Of a stretch of 64,000 bases of DNA, positions 18,078 to 28,319 are shown piece after piece. The DNA is taken from the IMG/VR virus record IMGVR_UViG_3300036781_000418, positions 186,001-250,000 of that record; one strand, 5' to 3'. Position numbers and translations under genes: made by a program. A model generated the notes under the pieces. It was given only the letters and a program-made list of their open reading frames with translations, was not told the origin of the DNA and made no database searches. How positions within the stretch are numbered: position 1 is the first letter of the stretch; each line of letters begins with the position of its first letter.

Positions 18078-19867
18078 TAGAAGTGGCTGATGAGGGCGCC
18101 GCCCATACCGAGTTGACGAACGATAGAGTCGTAGGTGCCCACACCGTCGAAGATCGCGCCGAACTGCGATGGGTGCCCCTTGATCAGCTTCTTCAGCGTG
18201 GCGAAGTTTGCGCCTTCGGCCATGTCTGAGTCTGACATGACGATGACGTTGTACTTCTTACGGAGCAGAATTTCCAACTGGCCCGCCAAGTCATCGGTGA
18301 AGTTGGTCGCGCCACCTTGGTGCTCCTTGAACACGTGGTCCAAGCTGAACGAGGTACCGCCACCGCCTTCGTCGGCCTCAGAGGCCGACTTCAGCTTGAT
18401 GGCTGAGCCACCTGAGCCAGAGACTGTGCAGCGGTAGAACGTGTAATCGTCGGAGAACTCGCAGACGATGAACGTCTTGGCGACGCTCGACTGCTTTGAC
18501 GCCTCACGTGCGTTGGCCAACACCTTGTCGATGTGGGTGCCCATGGAACCAGACGAGTCGATGACGAGGCAGAGCTTGACCTTCTGGGCTGGCACGACGA
18601 CCTCACCTGGCTTGACGGCCGCGGCGCCAGTCTTCTGAACCATGTCGATCGAGGTGATGTTGCGACGGTGGACCTTCTGGTAGGTCGTCTCCGTCGTGTC
18701 GGACGAGCGCATCAGGCGGTCCAGCAGCGCGCGCCAGTTGTAGCGTGGCTTGACGGCCTGAACTTCACGGCGTGCGCCGGAGTTGTTACCTTGGCCACCC
18801 TTACTGGCGGTGTTCGTCTTTGGATCGGGCCCGTCTTGGGCACCGTCTTCGTGTTCACCCGCCGCCTTGCTGGTCTTCTTGGAGTGGTTCTCCATGTCGC
18901 TTTCAGACGGGGCTTCACCGGTGCGCGGATCCTCTTGGTTGTCCGAGTCGATGTGATCGTCCGTCAGGTCACCCAGCTGCTGCTCAACCTGCTTCTGTTG
19001 TGGCTTCGTCAGCTTGTCGAACTCAGACTTAACAAGCTCGTACATCTCACGGTAGGTGAGCTGGCGGTCGTAGTTGATCAGGTCGTTGAACAACCCCATC
19101 GGCAGCGGTTGGTGTCCAGCCTTCGTCAGGTCGTAGTTGGAGCGGAAGTCACCAGTCCAGTTGTGGATCAGTGGCGAGCCGCCCATCACCTTCATGTGGT
19201 GGAAGTCGCCGTGCGTGTAGTGGTAGAACTCGTGCAGAATCAGGAACTCAAGGGTCGAGTATTCGTTTGGAAACTCACCACCGTTGGCCTCGTACTTCTT
19301 GGACTTCGGCTTGATCTTTTGGGCGTGCGCGAAGTTCAGCAGGGTCTGCATGAACGGCACGTTGAAGATGAACTCGCCGTTGCCCGTCGCGGCCGCCGTG
19401 TCGACGTCCTTGAACTGCTTGTTGTCCTTCTCATCGTCGCCTGGAATCAAGATGATACGTGGCGAGATGATTGGCTTCTTGTTGTAGTAGTTCCGAAGCG
19501 GGAAGATCGAGCGGTTCTCGGCCTTCACACGACGGACGAGCTTGGAGAACAGCACTGGTGAGAACTGTGGACCGCTGTTGTCGGCGTGCTGGCCTTCTTT
19601 GCGAGCGTCCGAATAGCGCTTGAACAGCTCCTGCTCAATGATGTTCTTTTGGATTGAGTGGTACAGGATCGGCGCCTTCGTCGCGATCGAGCTGAACTTC
19701 GCCGCCTTCGCGTCGATCTCGTCCTTGATCACCGACTCCTTTTTGCCCTCAAGCTGGGCGAGGTACGAGAGCGCCGCCTTGATGCGCGCGTCGGCCCAGG
19801 TCGACTGCGGGGAGACCGTGTCGACCTTGGCCTTGATGTTGTTGATCATCTCGGCTTCATTGATCAC
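18077..19867 (-). CDS. metallopeptidase-vWA fusion (DUF2201-like), MoxR partner
   Basis: ILHEFYH (HExxH); acidic/Gly linker; LVIDSSGSM MIDAS; GGATNF; VMSDSD. Confidence 0.85.
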   Translation of the reverse strand: MINEAEMINNIKAKVDTVSPQSTWADARIKAALSYLAQLEGKKESVIKDEIDAKAAKFSSIATKAPILYHSIQKNIIEQELFKRYSDARKEGQHADNSGPQFSPVLFSKLVRRVKAENRSIFPLRNYYNKKPIISPRIILIPGDDEKDNKQFKDVDTAAATGNGEFIFNVPFMQTLLNFAHAQKIKPKSKKYEANGGEFPNEYSTLEFLILHEFYHYTHGDFHHMKVMGGSPLIHNWTGDFRSNYDLTKAGHQPLPMGLFNDLINYDRQLTYREMYELVKSEFDKLTKPQQKQVEQQLGDLTDDHIDSDNQEDPRTGEAPSESDMENHSKKTSKAAGEHEDGAQDGPDPKTNTASKGGQGNNSGARREVQAVKPRYNWRALLDRLMRSSDTTETTYQKVHRRNITSIDMVQKTGAAAVKPGEVVVPAQKVKLCLVIDSSGSMGTHIDKVLANAREASKQSSVAKTFIVCEFSDDYTFYRCTVSGSGGSAIKLKSASEADEGGGGTSFSLDHVFKEHQGGATNFTDDLAGQLEILLRKKYNVIVMSDSDMAEGANFATLKKLIKGHPSQFGAIFDGVGTYDSIVRQLGMGGALISHF

Positions 19868-22419
19868 TTGAACAGCTCCGTCACGTACTTGCGCATCTTG
19901 CCGTTGAAGTCAACGACGTCGGTGATGATGTCGGCGTCGGCTGACGCCAGGTGGATGACCACCTCACGGAGCGCGGCCTTCGCGGCGTCGACCATCTTGT
20001 TGGAGACGTCGTGCGCCTTCATCGCGTGCACGACTTCACGCATGATGTATTCTAGCTTAGCGATCTCTTCGTCTTGAACCTTGATGGCCAGGGTCTTCTT
20101 GTCCATGTTCTTCGTCTTACCGAAGGCTTGGAAGGCGTTCTTCGCGTCGTTCTTGACGGCGTCCATCAGGAACTCGCTGAGCTCTTCCTTGAACTGGACG
20201 GAGTCGACGGACGTGATGTAGTTCACGAACTCGAGGTCGTTCAGCAGGTGCTTGGAGTGGTCGTCAAACGGACGTTGGAGCAGGCTCTTGAGGTCCTTCA
20301 GCGAGTCGACCTTGCGCTTGAACAGCTCACCAAGGGTGAAGTCGTCCGTCGACATGATCCAGTCGTTGATGCTTTCGATCGACTCAGGGGAGTCGACGCC
20401 GTGCTTGTGCTTGATCACGTACTCAAGGGTGTGCTGCACGGCGCGGGAGATGGCGGTGCGGATAGCCGCTTCGCTCTCAGTCACGTCGTGTTCTGGGTCC
20501 TCAAGCTTCTTGGACTCACGCTTGTACGTGCGGTCGACCGACTTCGCCATGTTCGTCAGCATGTCCGTGTACTCACGAGCGGAGACGTATAGGCCGGTGT
20601 CGGCGATGTTCAAGACGAAGTGCGGGTCGGCGCCGTTGACCTTACCACTGCGGGTGCGGAAGCGGTCCACCAACGCGTAGAGGACGTTGTGCGAGATCTG
20701 TGAAGCCTCTGGTGAGACCTTCAGGTCGACTGTACTCAAGTGCTTCTTGAACTTGTCCCACGACACGCCGACTGGAATCACGTCCATGACGTCGCGCACG
20801 TGCTTGGTCAGCTCCTGCGTACCCTTACCAGTTGGGTTGACGGCGGCCACGACGACGGAGTCGTCCGGCAGCTTGTACTCAGGCGTGAACTCCTTCTCCA
20901 ACAGAACCTTACGGATCGCGTTGAAGACCTTCACGTTGGTGCGGTTCATTTCGTCGAAGAAGATCAGGTAGTGAACGTCTTGGCCCTTCCAAGCGGCGAA
21001 GCGGGCGTCGCCCTTCTCCTTGCCGAAGAACTTGACGAGACGTTCCTTGAGGTTTGCCTCACCGGTCTTCATCTGCTTCTGGATGTCGTCCCAGAGCGGC
21101 GGCTTGGAGAACGAAACCTGCAGGCCGTCCTTACCACGCTTGGAGAGCGGCACGCCGATGACTTCTTCCGCGGAGAGGTTCTGCACGTCGATGAAGACTG
21201 GAACGAGGTTCAAGTCGGTCGCGAGGTCGGTGATGTGCTTCGTCTTACCCGCACCTGGCAGGCCGCCGATGACTGGGATGTACTTGCGGGCGTTGCCCAG
21301 CTTCATCTTCGTCTCGATCTGGTGCTTCAGCGTCGAGCGCCAGTCGGCGTCGTCCACGTTGTCTGGGTTACCCTCGAAGCCGTGGTCTTCCTTGATCAGC
21401 TCGTTGACGGCCTTGATGACCGCTTCGGAGATCGCGGCCTTGTCGCCGGTCTTGTAGTTCTGGAAGTTGATCTGCACGTTCTTCAACAGTGCGTCCGCGT
21501 CTTCCTTGGACTTCAGTGGGAAGGCGGAGTTGATGTAGATCAGGAGCTGTTCCCAACGGCGTGGCGAGACGCGCACGTCCGCGTTGATGTCGTCGTGGGA
21601 GAGGATGCCCTTGTGCTCTTCCTTCGTCATCAAGTCGTAGAACTTCTGGAGCAGCTTCTCGTTCAGCTGAACCTTCTTGTTGTTCTTGTACTTGTTGATG
21701 ATGTAGGCGAACCACTCGTCCGTGCTTGGGGTGTCGAAGTTCAGCATGCGGAAGTCCTCGTTTTCGAGGATGTCGCCCACACCGGAGTCGACCAAGTTCG
21801 ACGCGAAGATCACGTAGAGGTCGTCTGGGAGTGGGTTGGAACCGATGCGACCGTTCAGGATCGAACGCAGCATGTTGCGGATCGAGCTGGACGTCTGACG
21901 GAAGTACTCGTCCAGGAACAGGATGGCGCGGTACTTCGAGCGGATGTCCTTGATCTCGTCTGGAATGGCCTTGTCGGAACCGCCAAGCTCTTCCCAAATT
22001 TGCTTCAAGTCACCACGGGCCATGACGGCCTTGATCACGCCGGAGTCGGTGGCCTTCGAGGCCTCCTTGACTTCGGAGTACAGGGCCGACTTAGCCAGCT
22101 CGATGTCGTACTCTGAGCCACCCTTCGTGTCGATGTGCAGGTGCTCGGTCTTTGAGGCGCCGCTCGGCTTGACCACGATGAACGGGATGTCGATGATGTG
22201 CTCTTCGACGATGTGCGGGGTTTCAATGATGATCAGCTCAAGGCCGAGCAGCGTGGCCATGTCCTTGACGAACGAGGTCTTACCAACCCCGGTGTCGCCA
22301 CCGAGCAGGTAGCCGGCCTGGCTTAGGCCGTCATGCTTGGCGTGCATGTTGTCAAAGATGTGCTCAAGGGTCTCGACTTTGCCGCTAATGTCGAGGTTTG
22401 CAACGTCTAGTTTCTTCAT
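19864..22419 (-). CDS. MoxR-like AAA+ ATPase with two tandem AAA modules
   Basis: Module 1 GDTGVGKT / LFLDEYFR / FASN; module 2 GLPGAGKT / IFFDEMNR / AAVNP. Confidence 0.88.
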   Translation of the reverse strand: MKKLDVANLDISGKVETLEHIFDNMHAKHDGLSQAGYLLGGDTGVGKTSFVKDMATLLGLELIIIETPHIVEEHIIDIPFIVVKPSGASKTEHLHIDTKGGSEYDIELAKSALYSEVKEASKATDSGVIKAVMARGDLKQIWEELGGSDKAIPDEIKDIRSKYRAILFLDEYFRQTSSSIRNMLRSILNGRIGSNPLPDDLYVIFASNLVDSGVGDILENEDFRMLNFDTPSTDEWFAYIINKYKNNKKVQLNEKLLQKFYDLMTKEEHKGILSHDDINADVRVSPRRWEQLLIYINSAFPLKSKEDADALLKNVQINFQNYKTGDKAAISEAVIKAVNELIKEDHGFEGNPDNVDDADWRSTLKHQIETKMKLGNARKYIPVIGGLPGAGKTKHITDLATDLNLVPVFIDVQNLSAEEVIGVPLSKRGKDGLQVSFSKPPLWDDIQKQMKTGEANLKERLVKFFGKEKGDARFAAWKGQDVHYLIFFDEMNRTNVKVFNAIRKVLLEKEFTPEYKLPDDSVVVAAVNPTGKGTQELTKHVRDVMDVIPVGVSWDKFKKHLSTVDLKVSPEASQISHNVLYALVDRFRTRSGKVNGADPHFVLNIADTGLYVSAREYTDMLTNMAKSVDRTYKRESKKLEDPEHDVTESEAAIRTAISRAVQHTLEYVIKHKHGVDSPESIESINDWIMSTDDFTLGELFKRKVDSLKDLKSLLQRPFDDHSKHLLNDLEFVNYITSVDSVQFKEELSEFLMDAVKNDAKNAFQAFGKTKNMDKKTLAIKVQDEEIAKLEYIMREVVHAMKAHDVSNKMVDAAKAALREVVIHLASADADIITDVVDFNGKMRKYVTELFK

Positions 22420-22422
22420 GGC

Positions 22423-22638
22423 TTAGTCGTAGTTGTGGTACTTCTTGTGGGCGACCGGGTGGGTCTTGGCGAGCTGCTGGTGGGCGAAGGCACGGAGCGC
22501 TTCGAGCTCCTCTTCCTCAGTCTTGAACTTCGGCAGCTTCTTGGCTTCTTCCAGCTTGGCGGCCTCGTCTACCTTGACGGTTGGGACGGAGAGCTCGACG
22601 GGCGGCTTGTTCTCTCCTTGGTAGCGAAATAGCTTCAT
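22423..22638 (-). CDS. small hypothetical protein
   Basis: AGGA RBS; first gene after the minus-strand TAAATA. Confidence 0.65.
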   Translation of the reverse strand: MKLFRYQGENKPPVELSVPTVKVDEAAKLEEAKKLPKFKTEEEELEALRAFAHQQLAKTHPVAHKKYHNYD

Positions 22639-22666
22639 TGTTGGGTTCCTGGTAAGGCGATAGGGC

Positions 22667-22702
22667 TATTTACGTCGACATGGCAACACAGCAGCCTAAA
22701 TA
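22667..22702. promoter_or_regulatory. divergent pair of TAAATA late-type promoters
   Basis: TATTTA at 22667-22672 (-) and TAAATA at 22697-22702 (+); the motif recurs upstream of many genes in this GC-rich genome. Confidence 0.65.
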
Positions 22703-22728
22703 TGAAATCTATTGAACTCGTCCTTAAA

Positions 22729-23202
22729 ATGATCCTTCAGCAGCTTTTCGAAGCCGACATGTACAGCGAGGTTGGACCACGGTCTACCGCGTACAAGGAG
22801 TTGGCCAACCGATTCGACCTGACCATGTCGTCCGGTAAGGGGCTCCCAGCAGTCGGCAAATCCAGCGTTCGGTTCGCCTACGGCCTGAAGCCAAAGGGCG
22901 GTGACACTGGCGAGACGAAAGCCGGCGAGGACCGCCTACCGTACAAGCTCCGGCTCAAAGGGTTCCTGAACGAGCTTGTCAAGCTCCTGAAGGACGAGCT
23001 GGCTGAAGGTCGAGGGGTTGACATCCTGTTCGGTGGTGCCGCCAAGGCTAAGCACCCAGTCGACGCTGACACGATCAAGGACATCGTCCACCAGGCCACG
23101 ATGAACGCGATAGTGCCAGGTGGTGCCTACTCGTCGTCCGCCCCACTCGCCTACGCCGACTGTATCGGTTGGGTCATCAACTTTCCAGAGGACGCTAAGT
23201 GA
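22729..23202 (+). CDS. paralog family member 1 (putative virion/internal protein)
   Basis: MILQQLFE start; EDRLPYKLRLKGFL and IGWVI motifs. Confidence 0.65.
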   Translation: MILQQLFEADMYSEVGPRSTAYKELANRFDLTMSSGKGLPAVGKSSVRFAYGLKPKGGDTGETKAGEDRLPYKLRLKGFLNELVKLLKDELAEGRGVDILFGGAAKAKHPVDADTIKDIVHQATMNAIVPGGAYSSSAPLAYADCIGWVINFPEDAK

Positions 23203-24080
23203 AGCTCGACCTACTCTTTGAATCCGCCGCTCAGGTTCGACCGTTCGCGAACGAGATGTACGCCAAGTTCCGAGCCATCGCCAAGAAGTACGACCTGGTC
23301 TTCGACATCCCGCTCGGCTGGCCGCAGATCAGCAGCAAGCAGGTCGGCTTCGGCGGCACCCTCAAGCTGATCAGGGGTAAAGCGGACGCTGAACAGCTGC
23401 CGTTGAACATCCTAGTTAAGGGCTGCCTTAAGGAGATCTCCAACGAGCTTGGTCGACTGATGGACGAAGGCCACACCATCCAGGTGTTGCCTGGCCTGCG
23501 CAGCCAAGACCACAACGTCGGTGGCTACAACGCCCCTAAGGGCACGCCCCGGCCGAACCTACGGGTCAGTGTTACGAACAAGGACGAGATCTTCCGTAAG
23601 CTGATGGACGGTGTCGAGTTCAAGCATGCTGGACACAGCATGGCGGCCGGCCCGACGGTCGGCTGGACGGTCTCCGTTCCAACGGACTACATCAAAGAGA
23701 AGGCCAAGCTCTACGTGCTGAGCGCCACGATCTACACTAGAAACGATCGTGCCAAGGCCTACAAGTTTACAGCGCACGCGTTCGTGCCACTGACTGACAA
23801 GTCAACGCTTGAAGAGATCGGCAAGTTCGGAAACATCGGTTACCACGCCACCACCGACAAGCAGTCACCCGAGCTGGTGCAAAAGCTGTTCACCTTCACC
23901 AAGCAACTTTACGGTGGGTCACCGAAGGTTGACAAGCTGACCTTGGCCGACATCAACTGGTTTGGCGTAAGCTACACCGGTAGCAAGAAGCAGTACCGAC
24001 GCGACTCCAACGAACTATCACTTGCCGAGTTCAAGAAGCTGGCAAAGTTTATCCATGACAACGCAGTGCAAGTACCATGA
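23199..24080 (+). CDS. paralog family member 2
   Basis: MKLDLLFE; AEQLPLNILVKGCL; VGWTV. Confidence 0.7.
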   Translation: MKLDLLFESAAQVRPFANEMYAKFRAIAKKYDLVFDIPLGWPQISSKQVGFGGTLKLIRGKADAEQLPLNILVKGCLKEISNELGRLMDEGHTIQVLPGLRSQDHNVGGYNAPKGTPRPNLRVSVTNKDEIFRKLMDGVEFKHAGHSMAAGPTVGWTVSVPTDYIKEKAKLYVLSATIYTRNDRAKAYKFTAHAFVPLTDKSTLEEIGKFGNIGYHATTDKQSPELVQKLFTFTKQLYGGSPKVDKLTLADINWFGVSYTGSKKQYRRDSNELSLAEFKKLAKFIHDNAVQVP

Positions 24081-24964
24081 AGATTGAACAACTACTCACC
24101 GAACAAGTCGACCACGCGTTGGCCAAGCAACTGACCGCCCAGGTGCGTGAAATGGCGGCCAAGATGGAGTTTGTCATCAGCACCGACAGCGGTTGGCCAG
24201 CGGTAAACCGAAACGAAGTGCTCATTGGCTTTTCCCTCTATGAAAAGGGCGGCCAGTCGGCTAACCTAGACGATCGCCTGCCGTACGCAATCAGAGTCAA
24301 GGGCTTTCTCAGGTTGATGGAGCCGTTGCTCGGTAAGCTGCTTGATGAAGGTCGATCGTTGTCCATCCTTGTTAGGTCTGAAAAGACGAAGCGCATTCCA
24401 GTGTCGAGTAAGGCGGACCTACGCAAGGCGCTTGAAGAAGGCGTCAAGTCGCCGTCCAGTGGCAGCTTTGCAAAGATTGGCTGGGCCGTTGGTGACACGC
24501 CTGAAGGCATTGCTGCGGCCGACGCGGGTGGCCGCACGAAGATCGCACGGGTTGACATCACAATCGGCGAGCTGTCAGGCAAAATCGAATTGATTGGTTC
24601 AGCCAAAACGCCGTCACCTGAACGTGTGTGGAACAGCGTGCAGTTCTTTACGGTGTTGCCTGAAAAAGATCCAATGGTGAAGGCGGTGCGCACCACGCCA
24701 GACACGTCTTCCGTCTACACCATCTTCTACGATCACCAAGGCAAGAAGCCAAACGAAACGATTGCCCGCAAGCTGAACGTGATAGCCAAGAAGTACGGTG
24801 GTCCAGACTTGATGGCTGACCCTGAAAAGCAGCACAAGATCTTTAACTTTGCAGTCAACACGAAGGTTTCACCAAAGGGCCCACGCACCGCGGTCGAGCT
24901 GACGCCTGAGCAGTTGAAGGCCCTGCTTGCCGACCTGTTGAAGCTGAAGAACGAGTACTTCTAA
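24077..24964 (+). CDS. paralog family member 3
   Basis: MKIEQLLTE; DDRLPYAIRVKGFL; IGWAV. Confidence 0.7.
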   Translation: MKIEQLLTEQVDHALAKQLTAQVREMAAKMEFVISTDSGWPAVNRNEVLIGFSLYEKGGQSANLDDRLPYAIRVKGFLRLMEPLLGKLLDEGRSLSILVRSEKTKRIPVSSKADLRKALEEGVKSPSSGSFAKIGWAVGDTPEGIAAADAGGRTKIARVDITIGELSGKIELIGSAKTPSPERVWNSVQFFTVLPEKDPMVKAVRTTPDTSSVYTIFYDHQGKKPNETIARKLNVIAKKYGGPDLMADPEKQHKIFNFAVNTKVSPKGPRTAVELTPEQLKALLADLLKLKNEYF

Positions 24965-25806
24965 TGAAACTAGAAACCCTGCTTGAGACAGCCGACGAAC
25001 GCGAGGCCATCGAGATCCACAAGAAGTTCAAAGAAGTCGCCAAGGGACTTGAAGTTAGGCAGGTCAACGGCCAGGCTGGCCCACACATGACGACCAAGGG
25101 CGCGTGGTACGGTGGCGGCTTCACGCCTGAAGGCGGCCAAACCGCCGAACGCAAGGCGGGTGACGATCGTATTCCGTTCGACCTGCGCGTGCGTGGGTAC
25201 TTGAAGCATGTTGCCAGCGTTCTTGAGCAGCACGTCAAGGCCGGTGACGTCGTCAAGATCGCCAAGGGGCCGAACCGCAACAACGTGACCGATGTCAAGG
25301 CGGGCGACGACGTCTTCAAGCTCCTTCAGCAGAACGTGATCAAGACGTCCTCGTCCATGTGGGACAATGCAATGGACTCCGTGATGTGGTTCATCGGTCA
25401 ACCGGACGACGGCACCCGGTTGGTTCACATGTACGTCTCCGTCTCGCTTCGATACGACACGGCCGCTGGAGCCGTCGGTGATCGTCACAAGGGCATGAAC
25501 TACAGTGCGTCGGTCGACAACGCGGAATACCTAGCACTGCAGCGGAAGTTCAACTCGCTTGCCAAGAAGGCGACGGGTAAGACCTACCTCTACGTCAGTC
25601 AACGAAACGAGTTGCAGGCCAAGCTCATCAAGGCACTGCCACAGCTGATCGACGATAAGGCCAAGCTGTCCTTTATAGCCAAGCACCATGATGACATCGA
25701 TCTGGTGTCCATGGAGCTCAAGCAACATCCATACGAGAAGATCACGAAGCTGTCATCGGAAAAGTTCATGGAGAAGCTCAAGCTTGTCGTTGACCTCCTG
25801 ACCTGA
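24964..25806 (+). CDS. paralog family member 4
   Basis: MKLETLLE; DDRIPFDLRVRGYL; VMWFI. Confidence 0.7.
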   Translation: MKLETLLETADEREAIEIHKKFKEVAKGLEVRQVNGQAGPHMTTKGAWYGGGFTPEGGQTAERKAGDDRIPFDLRVRGYLKHVASVLEQHVKAGDVVKIAKGPNRNNVTDVKAGDDVFKLLQQNVIKTSSSMWDNAMDSVMWFIGQPDDGTRLVHMYVSVSLRYDTAAGAVGDRHKGMNYSASVDNAEYLALQRKFNSLAKKATGKTYLYVSQRNELQAKLIKALPQLIDDKAKLSFIAKHHDDIDLVSMELKQHPYEKITKLSSEKFMEKLKLVVDLLT

Positions 25807-25873
25807 GAAACGTGTTAGAGGGCGCACGCTTCGCGATACAATGTGCACATGCCCTTAGATTAAAAGGGCACTA

Positions 25874-26170
25874 ATGTCTGAACGAATTTGGTACAAGGCT
25901 CGTCTGAAAGAGGCGGCCAGCAACATCTACACCGAGAGCTTCTACCCCGAGGCGAAGAAGCGGACTGGAACCCGATGGGTCTGGTTCACGCAGGAGGACG
26001 TCACCTCCCAAAACCAACGGGTCCTTGTCACTTCCGGCATGAGTCGCAACAAGTTCAGGATGATGACCCTTGAACTGGCGTTGGCCTTCCTTGAACCAGC
26101 GTGCAAGGCGACGAAGGCCGAGACGACCATGTTGAACGACCTGAGCTCACACCTCGAACGAAACATCTGA
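25874..26170 (+). CDS. hypothetical protein
   Basis: TACAAT -10-like box upstream; coupled to the next gene. Confidence 0.6.
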   Translation: MSERIWYKARLKEAASNIYTESFYPEAKKRTGTRWVWFTQEDVTSQNQRVLVTSGMSRNKFRMMTLELALAFLEPACKATKAETTMLNDLSSHLERNI

Positions 26171-26670
26171 TGCCGACCACCCACCTCTACATCGATTTGG
26201 AGGATACGATCATCGCCCCAGTCGCGGAGGGGTGGACGAACGTGCACCTGGTAAACTCAGAGAAGGTGAAGGCCTTCATTCAAGAGCTGAAGCCGGACCA
26301 CGTTCACATCTTCTCGTTCGCGATCCACTCAGACCATGACCGCATGCTGTTCAACATGTGGGTGCGTGAGCGGTTGGAGCGGGCACTTGGTGTCACGTTC
26401 GGCTTCGTTCCAACGACGGACGAGATCACGGAGATGACATGTCGAGGAAAGGGAATCAGCCCCCAGTACACGACCTTCAACGACCTGTGCGACTTCTTCG
26501 GCAAGGCTGAGGCGTTCCGTCAGGTGATGCGACACCAGTGGAAGGGCGTGGTCAACCATCCCAACACCTCGGTCAACGTCATCTTGCTGGACGACGACGT
26601 GATCAACGAGTCGTTCACCTGGCCTGATCTCAAAATTGAGGGACGTACGATCAACGTCAACAAACTATGA
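26170..26670 (+). CDS. HAD-superfamily-like protein
   Basis: LYIDLEDTII motif I; VILLDDD motif IV. Confidence 0.6.
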   Translation: MPTTHLYIDLEDTIIAPVAEGWTNVHLVNSEKVKAFIQELKPDHVHIFSFAIHSDHDRMLFNMWVRERLERALGVTFGFVPTTDEITEMTCRGKGISPQYTTFNDLCDFFGKAEAFRQVMRHQWKGVVNHPNTSVNVILLDDDVINESFTWPDLKIEGRTINVNKL

Positions 26671-26767
26671 TACGTACCTACGGTTCAATGCTCGTCTATC
26701 GTCGTCTGCGGCTGGTCTTGTCCGGAACCGCGAACGACCTTTCATCAGCCTCTCACTTCACACCGCC

Positions 26768-27073
26768 ATGGCCAATATCGCTCAATTTCAAACCTTTGCC
26801 ACCACGCCAACTCCTCAACCAACTCCAGTCCCAGCGAGCAAGCGAGACTTCGTTGTCGGGCAGCTGAAGTTGGGTATCCGTACCGTCACCTTCAAGAAGG
26901 CCGACGGCACGATCGCCATCCATGAAGCCACGTTGGCCGACTTCCTGATGCCGCACCACAAGCGGTCCAGCTTCGCCAACCGCGCTGAGAACGAACACGT
27001 CGTCTCGTTCTACAGCATCACCCGTCAAGACTGGCGCTCCTTCCGCGTCGACAGCCTGATTGCCTGCGTATGA
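26768..27073 (+). CDS. WYL-like/SH3-fold (DUF2693-type) protein
   Basis: VTFKKADGT..ATL...FYSITRQDWRSFRVDSLI. Confidence 0.7.
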   Translation: MANIAQFQTFATTPTPQPTPVPASKRDFVVGQLKLGIRTVTFKKADGTIAIHEATLADFLMPHHKRSSFANRAENEHVVSFYSITRQDWRSFRVDSLIACV

Positions 27074-27411
27074 CCACTGACCTCAACGTCATCATCTTTA
27101 CCGTCCTGGGTTTCAAGGACATCGTCGCCGAGAAGTTCATCAGGGACAGCGTGAGCAACACGACCATCAGCGTCAAGAACCCGCTGTTCGTCGAGCTGAC
27201 CGGTGACAGCACCGCGGCCGGCGTGGCCGTCTCGTTTGACCCAATCAGCCTGATGTACGAGGCCAACCAGGTCCTGGAGATTCCGCTGACCAGCATCCTC
27301 GTGATGCCGGTGTCAGTCGACGCCGAGCTGGAGAAGGCCTACGTCGCCGCCACGGCCGGAATTCGCGCTGGTTCAGGTGGCTCTGGTGCGCCGGCGATCC
27401 TCCACAGCTGA
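27070..27411 (+). CDS. hypothetical protein, possible Sm-like fold
   Basis: ATGA-coupled; beta-rich pattern DIVAE..ISVKNP. Confidence 0.5.
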   Translation: MTTDLNVIIFTVLGFKDIVAEKFIRDSVSNTTISVKNPLFVELTGDSTAAGVAVSFDPISLMYEANQVLEIPLTSILVMPVSVDAELEKAYVAATAGIRAGSGGSGAPAILHS

Positions 27412-27511
27412 TCGACACTGAACCACACAACGACCAGGGCCGGGAGGCCCTGGGGTCGTCTCGGTGAGCCCTAGTGGTGTAAATAGAACACACCAACTTA
27501 GGACGACCCTC

Positions 27512-28318
27512 ATGCAGACCCTACACGAGCTTCTCAACCTGATCAAGGAAGCGGACGACGACACTGACACTGAGACGGAGGCTCCGGAGAAGGACGAACC
27601 GACCGATGAACCGAAGAAGGAGAAGTCGATCGACGTCAACACGTACGCCTACGCCCTTGAGGACATGAAGGACGCGCTGCCGACCAAGCACGGTAAGGCG
27701 ATGGCCGCCCTGTGGTCGAAGCCAGGCAAGCTGCTCTGGCACGGCATGCCGCTGTTCACGACGGACGGCAAGCACCACGAGTACGCTATCCACGGTGAGG
27801 GCTTCGACAAGATCGAGGAAGCCTGCCTGGAAGAGGTGTCCAACTTGACGCTCGAGGAAGAGATTGACGTGGACGGCGTCGGCGAGTTTGAGGACGACAC
27901 CTTCAACATCCAGTGGGAGGTCACCTTCGACCCGAAGGACCACACGAAGATGGAGTGGGTCGGCTACCACAAGGAACAGGACGCCTTCATCATCGGCTAC
28001 GATCTTTGGGCGGACAGCTCAACGGAGGAGGCCTTCAACCAAGCCTTCGACAAGGAGTTCGAACATGTCACCGGTCAAGACCATGACCTCAAGGACGATG
28101 ACGAGGACGACCACAACAAGATCTACAACGCCGCCTGGAAGAAGTACCAGAGCGGTCAGTACGGCTTCTTCGGCGTTGTCTTCGGCGTGAAGTACAAGAA
28201 CGGTGGCCTGGTAGCCAAGGTGCTGACCCCGTTCACTCACTCAGGCGGCTTCCACCGTGGCTCATACCCACTCCTGAAGGAAGACGCGATGTGGCCAAAC
28301 CTCTTCGTGCCGGATTAA
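27512..28318 (+). CDS. acidic hypothetical protein (putative late/virion)
   Basis: TAAATA at 27480; AGGA RBS; MQTLHELLNLIKE. Confidence 0.7.
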   Translation: MQTLHELLNLIKEADDDTDTETEAPEKDEPTDEPKKEKSIDVNTYAYALEDMKDALPTKHGKAMAALWSKPGKLLWHGMPLFTTDGKHHEYAIHGEGFDKIEEACLEEVSNLTLEEEIDVDGVGEFEDDTFNIQWEVTFDPKDHTKMEWVGYHKEQDAFIIGYDLWADSSTEEAFNQAFDKEFEHVTGQDHDLKDDDEDDHNKIYNAAWKKYQSGQYGFFGVVFGVKYKNGGLVAKVLTPFTHSGGFHRGSYPLLKEDAMWPNLFVPD

Positions 28319-28319
28319 G

